NCBI RefSeq assembly: GCF_008831285.2
Contig: NC_045138.2
Location: 12,958,001-13,022,000 of the forward strand
Direction of reading: 5' to 3'
Length of the DNA: 64,000 bases
Source: Nymphaea colorata
Taxonomy: Eukaryota
How positions within the stretch are numbered: the stretch's first letter is position 1; each line of letters begins with the position of its first letter. Under the pieces are notes generated by a model. It saw only the letters and a program-made list of their open reading frames with translations. It did not search any database and was not told the DNA's origin. Below, in pieces: positions 49,001 to 61,744 of the stretch. A program made the translations under genes and the position numbers.

Positions 49001-52000
49001 AAATTTTTTGAATGGATCCTGGATAATTGAACAAACACAGGTCCTTATGCTGCTGTAAAACTGTGGGTGCTAACTATACAAAATGCTGGTTTCTTTGGCA
49101 ATATTTTCTGTAGATTCTGTATTATAAATTTTTGCTGCACAACTTATTGTTGGAAAGTGTCAATGTCCAAGGATGTCATGCACGATCTACTGTCAACACC
49201 ATCTATTTCTACTAGCACACCTGACATAGAAATTTCAAGTCTTGTGGAGTGTGGTAGCACCATTCAGAAAGCAGAAGTGTATAAGATGTAAGTGCTTAAG
49301 ATATCTCATGGATCTTGCCTTTCTCATGTCTTCTGCACACTAATTGTTGGTTAACCAAGTTATTGCTGCTAACGTAAAATTCTCATTTTGTTGTTTCCAC
49401 TTTCTTTCACAAATCCATTGCATTTATTTGATATCTGTAGTGTCATTTCTTGTACTTTGAGCTCCCATGCTGGTCCTAATGTCCTTTCTTGTACTTTGAG
49501 CTATCATGTTGGTCCCGTTGTCGCCTACTGTACCTGGAAAGAGGAGAGTACCACTTCCACCTTTTATGGCAGGAGTAAGAAAGTTACTCTGAAAATAACT
49601 CCATGAGGGCTGCATTTTTAGCCAAATTTTCTCTTTCTTTCTTGTTACATCTCTTGTCTATCCAGGTAAAGAAAATATCTGTACAAACTTCAAATTGTCT
49701 GAGATAAGCCTATGATGCTGATCCAAATGCTGCCCATAGCTGCAGTTTGCACTTTACACTCTAAAAGTCTATGAAACTAGGACTGCTACTAGTGTGAACA
49801 AGCGGATCTCAAGGAAGTGCACATCCATTTTAAACATTGCATTTAGTTCCCCTTTTGCTGATTTAGTTTCACAATAGGATCAATAGAATGCCTTTTCTCC
49901 TTGCTATGCTAGGTCCTCTCAATGTGTCTGTAATCTGAAGGCTTCTTTACTTCACCTTTTAGTTTGCGGGTAAGTACTAAAAAGTAAAACTACTAAATTG
50001 CATCAGGGCTTGTCCTGAATTTAGGGGTTGCGAGGATGCCAGAAGTCAGCCCGAATTTCGACCTTCAGTTTGAGGAATAGATTGAATAGAAAATCTTGGA
50101 AAATTGTCATTGTTGTTTGATTGAATTTTCAGAACTATCCTTAAAACTTTGGACAAGATGAATGCTCGGTGATATCCTCTAATTAAAAAACAGCTTAATC
50201 TTGAACATTAGAGATGAATATGTTCTCTTCCTACTTTCTCCTTACGTTTATCTTGCTCTATTGTGATATAATAAGCTGGCTCAACAAACACTAGTGAGGG
50301 GATTTAGGTGATATTGCCTTCCAAGAGGGGATTTAAGATCTCTGGTCATTTAGAGCATATAATCAGAAATACGTGAGGCTAGAGAGTGTAGGCGTATAAT
50401 CAACTAAGGAACGAGCTGATATTCGTACATTCGTTTGACTGATTGCAGTAGATGAAATGCAATAAAGGTGTCTAAGTTGGTGCAATGCGGTTCTTAGATT
50501 AAAAAATTTGTGCTTGCTGGTTGTTATCTAACATTCTCACTTTTGAGCAACATTGAAATTGCAGGAAGGAGGAGCCTCTATGAAACCAGTGAGGACAACT
50601 TCTTTTCAGCAGTCATGCCAAACTTCAGCATGTCTCAGTAATTTTCTTTCTCTTATACCTGATTGTTTAAGAATACTTATCGACACTCCCACCCAAATGA
50701 CAGGCTGAAAAATGATTTTCCATTTTCAGAACCTATTGTCAAACATGCGTTTGCTTTTTTATTATTACAGTCACTATTTTCTTCTTGTGTTTTTGTCGTT
50801 GTCTTCTCTATGCAAAATTTTGTCATGATATGAGGAATTTTTTTAGGGGTGAAAATATTTTGAGCAATCTTGCAACTCGTGCTTGTGGTTGGTGCTCACT
50901 TTTATTTTGGTGGTCTATTCTTTAGCATTGTCACACCCTCACTTCTAAGGGCTCTTTTCTTTCCAAACTTACAGTTGCTTTTGAAGTATATGTTCCTACC
51001 TTGCTGTTATCTTTTTTTGTGAAATGATTTTGCAAGTTTCCTGATTAGGCCAACTACTCCAAAGCTTACTTTTGGGGAAAAAAAACCTTTTCGTTCCAAC
51101 TATCTGTGGAACCCTTGTTCACTAAGAAGCCCATATGTACCAAGGACTTGTAGCCTCTAGGCTTTTCCTTTTTTGTAGAGGACCTTATAGGAGAGTGTAA
51201 TGGAGCCTACTCTTTTACATCCCTCCAAAACCCATTACACGGGTCACTCCAGTTTCACAAACACCCTATCTATGGGGAAAAGAGAGACTCCTTATCTGGA
51301 CAATGTATCATTTGATGTCGGCAGTTTTCCAAAAGTTTTTAGCCCTATATTTGTTCAAAAGGACTTTCATGCACAATGGTATACCTTCTTTTTTTCTTAA
51401 GTATTTTTTTAAGGAGAAGGTTGAAGTTTGAAACTTTTGTTGTCAGTCAACGAGAGGTAAAACTGGAAAGATCCTCGATGTGAACAGTGTGGGAGAATCT
51501 GATGACACTGAGGAAGTCAAAGATTAGAAAAAGCTATTAGCCTTAGCTTAGAAAAAGCTATTAGCCTTAGCAATCAAACATCTGCAAGGGTTTAGCAGGA
51601 GAATGCTATGAGAATGAAGCCCTAGTGTCCTGTAAAATCTTGGCAGGTAGCAAAATGAGAGTTGAGGGTGAGCTCGGGGCAAGTGTAGTCGTTCCTCTAG
51701 GTCAATACGTGAGAGTACTGAGAAGGCGCATAGCTGATTTGCGTCTCTCTTGCGAAATCATGTGACCTATGAACTTTTGTCTAGTCGTGGCCTGAAGCCT
51801 TCTGAACTCGAGCAAGTAAGTCCGAGGGGTGTTCTACACCTGGTACCCTAAGGCCAACTGGTCTGGGAGCTGCCGGCCCAAAGCTCGCTACACGGGTTCA
51901 GTAGAAAGCCCAATAGGCACGATATTGCACAAGACAAAACTACACAACCACCAAAATGGTGGAGCTTCGTAGTAGCCTTTGGGGTGGTGAGGTATTTCCC

Positions 52001-55000
52001 TCAAAGGTGAAGGGTGGCTCAGTTAGAAAAAGAAAAAGAAAAAGAAAAAGAGCAAAATCAAAAGAAAAATCCAAAATCAAAAGCAAAAAGAAAAAGAAAA
52101 AAAAGTGCCTGCCAAGAGATGAAAGATATGAAGGCCGAACTCTAAAGTATTGAATGAAAAAATCTTTTTCAGATGGATGATTATAGGCTAATATCTGTTC
52201 CTCTTCTATGACTTTCTATGAAATTGAGGACGATTCCTCTATGTTCATGTTTTGGAAATGGAAAGAAATCCCTTCAAGAGACTGGACAACATTGGTGCGA
52301 GATGAATCCGGACACTTAATGAATACTTCTGGTAAATGAAGGCCATATCTCCTGCACACTACGAGCACTCAAAGCCTATAGGGCAAAGAATTGAAAATTT
52401 TTTGAGCTATTTTAAAGACAAATCTTTGCAAAGGATTTTGCTACATTTGTGGCTCCTGGTTATTGGAGAAATCTAGTTCCCTTAGGACTTGATGGATGCA
52501 GCCCTTTCATTTCCTTCTATGCTAGTCCATTCACGGAATGGATGAAACATCTCAAAGTTAGTCTACTCATGCTAAGTGTGATGTCTTCCCCCGCTGTTCC
52601 CTAGGTTTACCTCTTGCGTTTTCCCTCTAAATTTGATCTCCAACTCTATTTTCAGCTAAGCTTCAACTTCTTCCCTCCTGCTGTATGTTGGAATCCCAGC
52701 CATGGAGTTGTCCCCTTAGGTCCTGTTTTTAGTGTCGCCCATCTTTAAACCCTAATTTTACTAGTTGTTTTCTAAACTAGGTTAAATCATGTTTTAATCT
52801 TATTTAAAATCTAGCTTCGGCCTTTGTTTTCAAATTTCATGCGTCATGTAGATCTGGCCATCTAGGCCCCACGCATTCATGGATCCAATAATGAGAAGGT
52901 TTTTAAAGTATATTTTACATATTCTTAAAACCCTAAGGTGGGTTTGTGGTACTTGCCAGGTCTTGTGATCTATTTTGTTATATAAGGTTAATAACTAGAT
53001 ATGGTGTTGTTTGATGAATTTGTGGAGATTGATGAATTTGTTTAAGTGCTACTTGAGCATTTAACGAAACAGCAGAGCACTCGCTGTCTTTTTTGTGCAT
53101 GTACTTTGCAAAAATATACTTCTCAGTCTTATGAAGCAACAAGGCCCAAGTATCATGTACAACTGAAGCTGTTATGCACATTTAGTTGCTTTTCAACTCA
53201 CATCGGTTACTTCTTTCATTTTGTTTTCAGGATTGTTTTTCCTGCCATGAAGTTTCATCAAATCTTGGAATATCAATTTTTTATTCTTCAAGATATATAG
53301 CGGAAAATGTAGCATGAAGTCGTTGAGTTGGTGGGAATTTTTCTAAACATGGTTGTTGTATTTCATCCGTTGATTGTTCATAATAGCAGTTATGAGTCAC
53401 GTGTTTCCTCATTTTTTACTTTTAACATCTAAAAGTGGTGAGATCTTTTTTGCAAATGCCACAGGGTATCATAAGTCATCATCGTTCTTCAGTTTCGTTT
53501 TTAATTTGTCTCTATTTTTCCTTAAGATCGAATGGCACTACTCTATTTTATTGTCTTAAATTTTCCACTCTCATTGCATGGCCTTGTGAGGTGCCTGCTT
53601 TAAGTGGAATAACAAGTTCTTCTTCAATACGAGAAGCTCAAAACGGAGTTATCATTCCAATGAATCTTTAGTTGCAGGCAATTCGATTTTTTAGTGGATT
53701 GAACTTGACATTTGACATAGGTGGCATTCTTGTCTTGAGGGCTGAAGGTCGTGAGAGGGCCTCATGTACCTGCCATATTCCATTGCTGTTGAAAGCTATG
53801 AATTTGGGCCTATACGTGATTGTGATTAGTATTTTCAATTTAGGTTATCATGTATCTTTTAGGGACCTAGTATGAGGGAGCTAACCAAAAGACCTCTGAA
53901 ACATTCTGATTGAATCTCCACAAATTGAAAGCACGTTCCTTTTCACAATCTAGTTTTTAACTAAAGAGGCACAAACGTGTTCAAATTTTTTGAATGGATC
54001 CTGGATAATTGAACAAACACAGGTCCTTATGCTGCTGTAAAACTGTGGGTGCTAACTATACAAAATGCTGGTTTCTTTGGCAATATTTTCTGTAGATTCT
54101 GTATTATAAATTTTTGCTGCACAACTTATTGTTGGAAAGTGTCAATGTCCAAGGATGTCATGCACGATCTACTGTCAACACCATCTATTTCTACTAGCAC
54201 ACCTGACATAGAAATTTCAAGTCTTGTGGAGTGTGGTAGCACCATTCAGAAAGCAGAAGTGTATAAGATGTAAGTGCTTAAGATATCTCATGGATCTTGC
54301 CTTTCTCATGTCTTCTGCACACTAATTGTTGGTTAACCAAGTTATTGCTGCTAACGTAAAATTCTCATTTTGTTGTTTCCACTTTCTTTCACAAATCCAT
54401 TGCATTTATTTGATATCTGTAGTGTCATTTCTTGTACTTTGAGCTCCCATGCTGGTCCTAATGTCCTTTCTTGTACTTTGAGCTATCATGTTGGTCCCGT
54501 TGTCGCCTACTGTACCTGGAAAGAGGAGAGTACCACTTCCACCTTTTATGGCAGGAGTAAGAAAGTTACTCTGAAAATAACTCCATGAGGGCTGCATTTT
54601 TAGCCAAATTTTCTCTTTCTTTCTTGTTACATCTCTTGTCTATCCAGGTAAAGAAAATATCTGTACAAACTTCAAATTGTCTGAGATAAGCCTATGATGC
54701 TGATCCAAATGCTGCCCATAGCTGCAGTTTGCACTTTACACTCTAAAAGTCTATGAAACTAGGACTGCTACTAGTGTGAACAAGCGGATCTCAAGGAAGT
54801 GCACATCCATTTTAAACATTGCATTTAGTTCCCCTTTTGCTGATTTAGTTTCACAATAGGATCAATAGAATGCCTTTTCTCCTTGCTATGCTAGGTCCTC
54901 TCAATGTGTCTGTAATCTGAAGGCTTCTTTACTTCACCTTTTAGTTTGCGGGTAAGTACTAAAAAGTAAAACTACTAAATTGCATCAGGGCTTGTCCTGA

Positions 55001-58000
55001 ATTTAGGGGTTGCGAGGATGCCAGAAGTCAGCCCGAATTTCGACCTTCAGTTTGAGGAATAGATTGAATAGAAAATCTTGGAAAATTGTCATTGTTGTTT
55101 GATTGAATTTTCAGAACTATCCTTAAAACTTTGGACAAGATGAATGCTCGGTGATATCCTCTAATTAAAAAACAGCTTAATCTTGAACATTAGAGATGAA
55201 TATGTTCTCTTCCTACTTTCTCCTTACGTTTATCTTGCTCTATTGTGATATAATAAGCTGGCTCAACAAACACTAGTGAGGGGATTTAGGTGATATTGCC
55301 TTCCAAGAGGGGATTTAAGATCTCTGGTCATTTAGAGCATATAATCAGAAATACGTGAGGCTAGAGAGTGTAGGCGTATAATCAACTAAGGAACGAGCTG
55401 ATATTCGTACATTCGTTTGACTGATTGCAGTAGATGAAATGCAATAAAGGTGTCTAAGTTGGTGCAATGCGGTTCTTAGATTAAAAAATTTGTGCTTGCT
55501 GGTTGTTATCTAGCATTCTCACTTTTGAGCAACATTGAAATTGCAGGAAGGAGGAGCCTCTATGAAACCAGTGAGGACAACTTCTTTTCAGCAGTCATGC
55601 CAAACTTCAGCATGTCTCAGTAATTTTCTTTCTCTTATACCTGATTGTTTAAGAATACTTATCGACACTCCCACCCAAATGACAGGCTGAAAAATGATTT
55701 TCCATTTTCAGAACCTATTGTCAAACATGCGTTTGCTTTTTTATTATTACAGTCACTATTTTCTTCTTGTGTTTTTGTCGTTGTCTTCTCTATGCAAAAT
55801 TTTGTCATGATATGAGGAATTTTTTTAGGGGTGAAAATATTTTGAGCAATCTTGCAACTCGTGCTTGTGGTTGGTGCTCACTTTTATTTTGGTGGTCTAT
55901 TCTTTAGCATTGTCACACCCTCACTTCTAAGGGCTCTTTTCTTTCCAAACTTACAGTTGCTTTTGAAGTATATGTTCCTACCTTGCTGTTATCTTTTTTT
56001 GTGAAATGATTTTGCAAGTTTCCTGATTAGGCCAACTACTCCAAAGCTTACTTTTGGGGAAAAAAAACCTTTTCGTTCCAACTATCTGTGGAACCCTTGT
56101 TCACTAAGAAGCCCATATGTACCAAGGACTTGTAGCCTCTAGGCTTTTCCTTTTTTGTAGAGGACCTTATAGGAGAGTGTAATGGAGCCTACTCTTTTAC
56201 ATCCCTCCAAAACCCATTACACGGGTCACTCCAGTTTCACAAACACCCTATCTATGGGGAAAAGAGAGACTCCTTATCTGGACAATGTATCATTTGATGT
56301 CGGCAGTTTTCCAAAAGTTTTTAGCCCTATATTTGTTCAAAAGGACTTTCATGCACAATGGTATACCTTCTTTTTTTCTTAAGTATTTTTTTAAGGAGAA
56401 GGTTGAAGTTTGAAACTTTTGTTGTCAGTCAACGAGAGGTAAAACTGGAAAGATCCTCGATGTGAACAGTGTGGGAGAATCTGATGACACTGAGGAAGTC
56501 AAAGATTAGAAAAAGCTATTAGCCTTAGCAATCAAACATCTGCAAGGGTTTAGCAGGAGAATGCTATGAGAATGAAGCCCTAGTGTCCTGTAAAATCTTG
56601 GCAGGTAGCAAAATGAGAGTTGAGGGTGAGCTCGGGGCAAGTGTAGTCGTTCCTCTAGGTCAATACGTGAGAGTACTGAGAAGGCGCATAGCTGATTTGC
56701 GTCTCTCTTGCGAAATCATGTGACCTATGAACTTTTGTCTAGTCGTGGCCTGAAGCCTTCTGAACTCGAGCAAGTAAGTCCGAGGGGTGTTCTACACCTG
56801 GTACCCTAAGGCCAACTGGTCTGGGAGCTGCCGGCCCAAAGCTCGCTACACGGGTTCAGTAGAAAGCCCAATAGGCACGATATTGCACAAGACAAAACTA
56901 CACAACCACCAAAATGGTGGAGCTTCGTAGTAGCCTTTGGGGTGGTGAGGTATTTCCCTCAAAGGTGAAGGGTGGCTCAGTTAGAAAAAGAAAAAGAAAA
57001 AGAAAAAGAGCAAAATCAAAAGAAAAATCCAAAATCAAAAGCAAAAAGAAAAAGAAAAAAAAGTGCCTGCCAAGAGATGAAAGATATGAAGGCCGAACTC
57101 TAAAGTATTGAATGAAAAAATCTTTTTCAGATGGATGATTATAGGCTAATATCTGTTCCTCTTCTATGACTTTCTATGAAATTGAGGACGATTCCTCTAT
57201 GTTCATGTTTTGGAAATGGAAAGAAATCCCTTCAAGAGACTGGACAACATTGGTGCGAGATGAATCCGGACACTTAATGAATACTTCTGGTAAATGAAGG
57301 CCATATCTCCTGCACACTACGAGCACTCAAAGCCTATAGGGCAAAGAATTGAAAATTTTTTGAGCTATTTTAAAGACAAATCTTTGCAAAGGATTTTGCT
57401 ACATTTGTGGCTCCTGGTTATTGGAGAAATCTAGTTCCCTTAGGACTTGATGGATGCAGCCCTTTCATTTCCTTGTATGCTAGTCCATTCACGGAATGGA
57501 TGAAACATCTCAAAATTAGTCTACTCATGCTAAGTGTGATGTCTTCCCCCGCTGTTCCCTAGGTTTACCTCTTGCGTTTTCCCTCTAAATTTGATCTCCA
57601 ACTCTATTTTCAGCTAAGCTTCAACTTCTTCCCTCCTGCTGTATGTTGGAATCCCAGCCATGGAGTTGTCCCCTTAGGTCCTGTTTTTAGTGTCGCCCAT
57701 CTTTAAACCCTAATTTTACTAGTTGTTTTCTAAACTAGGTTAAATCATGTTTTAATCTTATTTAAAATCTAGCTTCGGCCTTTGTTTTCAAATTTCATGC
57801 GTCATGTAGATCTGGCCATCTAGGCTCCATGCATTCATGGATCCAATAATGAGAAGGTTTTTAAAGTATATTTTACATATTCTTAAAACCCTAAGGTGGG
57901 TTTGTGGTACTTGCCAGGTCTTGTGATCTATTTTGTTATATAAGGTTAATAACTAGATATGGTGTTGTTTGATGAATTTGTGGAGATTGATGAATTTGTT

Positions 58001-58570
58001 TAAGTGCTACTTGAGCATTTAGCGAAACAGCAGAGCACTCGCTGTCTTTTTTGTGCATGTACTTTGCAAAAATATACTTCTCAGTCTTATGAAGCAACAA
58101 GGCCCAAGTATCATGTACAACTGAAGCTGTTATGCACATTTAGTTGCTTTTCAACTCACACCGGTTACTTCTTTCATTTTGTTTTCAGGATTGTTTTTCC
58201 TGCCATGAAGTTTCATCAAATCTTGGAATATCAATTTTTTATTCTTCAAGATATATAGCGGAAAATGTAGCATGAAGTCGTTGAGTTGGTGGGAATTTTT
58301 CTAAACATGGTTGTTGTATTTCATCCGTTGATTGTTCATAATAGCAGTTATGAGTCACGTGTTTCCTCATTTTTTACTTTTAACATCTAAAAGTGGTGAG
58401 ATCTTTTTTGCAAATGCCACAGGGTATCATAACTCATCATCGTTCTTCAGTTTCGTTTTTAATTTGTCTCTATTTTTCCTTAAGATCGAATGGCACTACT
58501 CTATTTTATTGTCTTAAATTTTCCACTCTCATCGAATGGCACTACTCTCTGCTTTAAGTGGAATAAATAC
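40008..58570 (+). repeat. Head-to-tail tandem array of a 4958-bp unit (~3.7 copies)
   Basis: Unit starts (gtgtctgtaatctgaagg) at 40008, 44966, 49924 and 54906; spacings are 4958, 4958 and 4982. The short ORF set repeats with the same period. The fourth copy ends at ~58570. Confidence 0.98.
41012..43030. mobile_element. Probable gypsy LTR/UTR-derived non-coding fragment inside each array unit
   Basis: Begins TGTCACACCC, the same 10-mer as the gypsy LTR end at 20480. Contains an (AAAAAG)n tract and a GC-richer block (41690-41990) reminiscent of Athila/Tat-type LTR sequence. The right boundary is uncertain. Confidence 0.35.
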
Positions 58571-59282
58571 AAGTAAAACCATGACAGTGCAGATCTTGCG
58601 AAGATTTTGAGGGTGCGAACATTTTACCCATGTAGCTTCTAATGGATTGAATACGATATACTATTAACCATATATGTTTTTTCTTGGCTTTGCATAGACG
58701 GTTTCACCGCCCATTGGTGAACCGGAGGGAGTGGCTTGCGCGTCGGGGTCCCGCCAGATGTAGAGGGTTTAAAGTGGATTTGCGATGGGGCCAGCTCCTT
58801 CCGTATTAGGTAGCCGGAAAGCATCCCAAAGAGCGTGCTCCATCCTCTCCTTCCCGTTTTCTTCTTGATTTATGGCGGTTTCTCGTTCTTGATATTATGG
58901 CGCCTAAAAGGGAAAAGCCGACTGCGTCGTCGATTACAGAAAGAAATGTCACCCACGCAGCAGGGCAAAGCAGGGCAATGCTTCTACGTCCGGCGATGAG
59001 AAGATGGTGTGGCGGCGTTTCATCGGTGTGGGCGGAAAAGGACTGTCCGCTATCTCGGTTCTCACTCATGGCAGGCAAGATACACTCACTCCCTGCTCTT
59101 GTTTGCTGGGCTTGATACATCTCTATCTCTCTCACTTTTGAGGGCGTCCGTTCCCGTCCTCCTTTGACCGGCAGCCATCGCCGGTGTGTGATGGTTGTTC
59201 GAAGCCCTCTCCACCCTTCAATTGTCTTTGTTTGTTGTTTCCTATTGGGGTTTCTCTATAGTCCGTGGGGTTTATCATTTCA

Positions 59283-59343
59283 GGCTGGGGTCTTTCATTT
59301 AGGCACTGGGCTGGGGTCTTTCATTTAGGCACTGGGCTGGGGT
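59283..59343. repeat. 26-bp tandem repeat (~2.3 copies)
   Basis: Unit ggctggggtctttcatttaggcactg. Confidence 0.9.
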
Positions 59344-60036
59344 TTTCTTTGAGGTTTTGGTTGGGTTCTTCCGTCGAGGTTGTTGCTGGTTTTTAACATT
59401 TGGTTCGCCATTGGGTCGGATGCTTTGGTCACCACTTGGGTCGCCGCTTTCGCTTTTGGTTAGTCCACCGCTTGGGTCCCTGCTGGTTCTGTTGTGGGTC
59501 ACCGCTTAGGTCGTTGCTGTCGTTCTTACTGGGTCTACCGCCTTCCGTCGTCCCTTAGGTTGCTGTTGGGTCTGCCACTTGTGTCACTCTTGACATCTAT
59601 CGCTTGGGCATGCCGTTTTGTTGATCTTGCTGCTGAGTCGCGACAACCGCTTCAGATTGCTGCTAGATCGCCATTATCGTCTTTGGGTTTGTTGCTGGGC
59701 CGTCACTGTCGAGATCGGCTATTCAAATTCCAACCAGCCCGTCCACAGAGATTGGGTGTTTTGTCAGGTATTGCTGTTGGGTCTCTTCTGGTAACGATTT
59801 GGCTGCTGGGTTCTTCCTGTTTCCTTCTTGAATGACAATGCTTTTTATCTATGTGTTTGCAATATCAGCTTTGAACATTAAATTTCTCATGGATGGGGAA
59901 GGTGGGCGTTCAAGCTGTTGGGCATTCTGCAACATGCCTGATACTCACGATTTACTGCCTCATTTCTGTTTGGTTTGTTGGTGGTCTCACTGCATAATAG
60001 TGCCAACCAGGTCAGCGTGTTTTTATCCTAAAGTGC

Positions 60037-61166
60037 TACGTTCTATCTTCTGCATGTAGTTTCTTTTCTATACGATTATATGCTATATTTCTATTTTTTG
60101 TTTGAATCTAGTCTGGGCATATTGTTTTTTCGTTTAGGTGTCTCTTACTGTTGGACACGTACATCTCATGTTTAGTAAGTCTTGAATAAAGTGGATATTT
60201 GGGTGGAGAAGTTATGCAGAAAATTAGTAAAACTTGTTTCATATAAAGGTGAAAAGAAGCTGATGAAATTTGCATGGTGTTCAAACTACATGCGGTAAAA
60301 CATATTTGGAAATTGAGTCACAAAAGGGAGGTTAAGCCATTTTGTGAAACTAAGTTGCTAAAGCCGATGGAATATTATTTTATCTTGGAATATCCCTGAC
60401 GGTTCAAATAAAACCATGAAGGGATTGCCCTCAAACACCTGCAGTGGTTGCACTGACACTCTGACAGTACATCTTGCATGTGCAGTTTGTGTTTTTCTCT
60501 GTAAGCTAATGGATACAAATTGGTTAATTCATATCCTTCAAGGCTTTTAGACTCATTCTTAGAAATTTTTAGGTGTCTCTGGGCATATTGTTTTTTCTGA
60601 ATGTAGGTGTTTCTGGGCATATTGTTTTTACGTTCTATCTTCTGCATGTAGTTTCTTTTCTATACGATTATATGCTATATTTCTATTTTTTGTTTGAATC
60701 TAGTCTGGGCATATTGTTTTTTCTGAATGTAGGTGTCTCTTACTGTTGGACACGTACATCTCATGTTTAGTAAGTCTTGAATAAAGTGGATATTTGGGTG
60801 GAGAAGTTATGCAGAAAATTAGTAAAACTTGTTTCATATAAAGGTGAAAAGAAGCTGATGAAATTTGCATGGTGTTCAAACTACATGCGGTAAAACATAT
60901 TTGGAAATTGAGTCACAAAAGGGAGGTTAAGCCATTTTGTGAAACTAAGTTGCTAAAGCCGATGGAATATTATTTTATCTTGGAATATCCCTGACGGTTC
61001 AAATAAAACCATGAAGGGATTGCCCTCAAACACCTGCAGTGGTTGCACTGACACTCTGACAGTACATCTTGCATGTGCAGTTTGTGTTTTTCTCTGTAAG
61101 CTAATGGATACAAATTGGTTAATTCATATCCTTCAAGGCTTTTAGACTCATTCTTAGAAATTTTTA
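60037..61166 (+). repeat. ~0.53-kb near-identical tandem duplication with ~58-bp filler
   Basis: 60037-60571 matches 60629-61166 (tacgttctatcttctgcatg ... ttcttagaaattttta). Confidence 0.95.
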
Positions 61167-61543
61167 ATGTATATTCAACTTCTGTTCAGAATTGTGCATT
61201 TTTTATTCTTATTGACACCCATTGCATTAATATATTGGAGGAATGGTATGTTGTCATTGTTGTTTATGGTACTGACTTTATAATGAGATATTGTCAACAT
61301 GGACAAAAGAAGTGTTGGCTTATCATTTATCAGCTAAAATTAATGCTTATGATACTGGTTATCTTTCCTGAGTAAAAGGAATAATCATCTATTCAATTCT
61401 TATATTGTCAATTTTTTTCATAATCACTCATGACCTAAGGTTTTCAAGACTTGGGTTCCCAATTTCTTGGTAGTTTGGTTTTTCTGAAGGCCATATGCAT
61501 GCTCTCTCTATAGCTACTTGGTATCTCTAATATTAGAGCTTGA

Positions 61544-61709
61544 TTTTTGATATTTAGTTATAGAATTTAATTTGTCGTTGCATGAGGAAGACTGTGTGAA
61601 GCATGGCCACTTTTATGGTTTTCTGAATTTTTGATATTTAGTTATAGAATTTAATTTGTCGTTGCATGAGGAAGATTGTGTGAAGCCTGGCCTCTTTTAT
61701 GGTTTTCTG
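61544..61709 (+). repeat. ~84-bp tandem duplication
   Basis: tttttgatatttagttatagaatttaatttgtcgttgcatgaggaaga.tgtgtgaagc.tggcc.cttttatggttttctg occurs twice. Confidence 0.92.
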
Positions 61710-61744
61710 TTTTTCATTCAACTGGAAAATGTAATTAGATGTTG

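Noticed and set aside
40008..58570. rDNA or tandem protein-gene cluster
   Set aside because: No 5S/18S/5.8S/25S signature seen. The repeated short ORFs (e.g. Lys-rich MVELRSS...) come from A-rich tracts and recur only because the DNA is duplicated.
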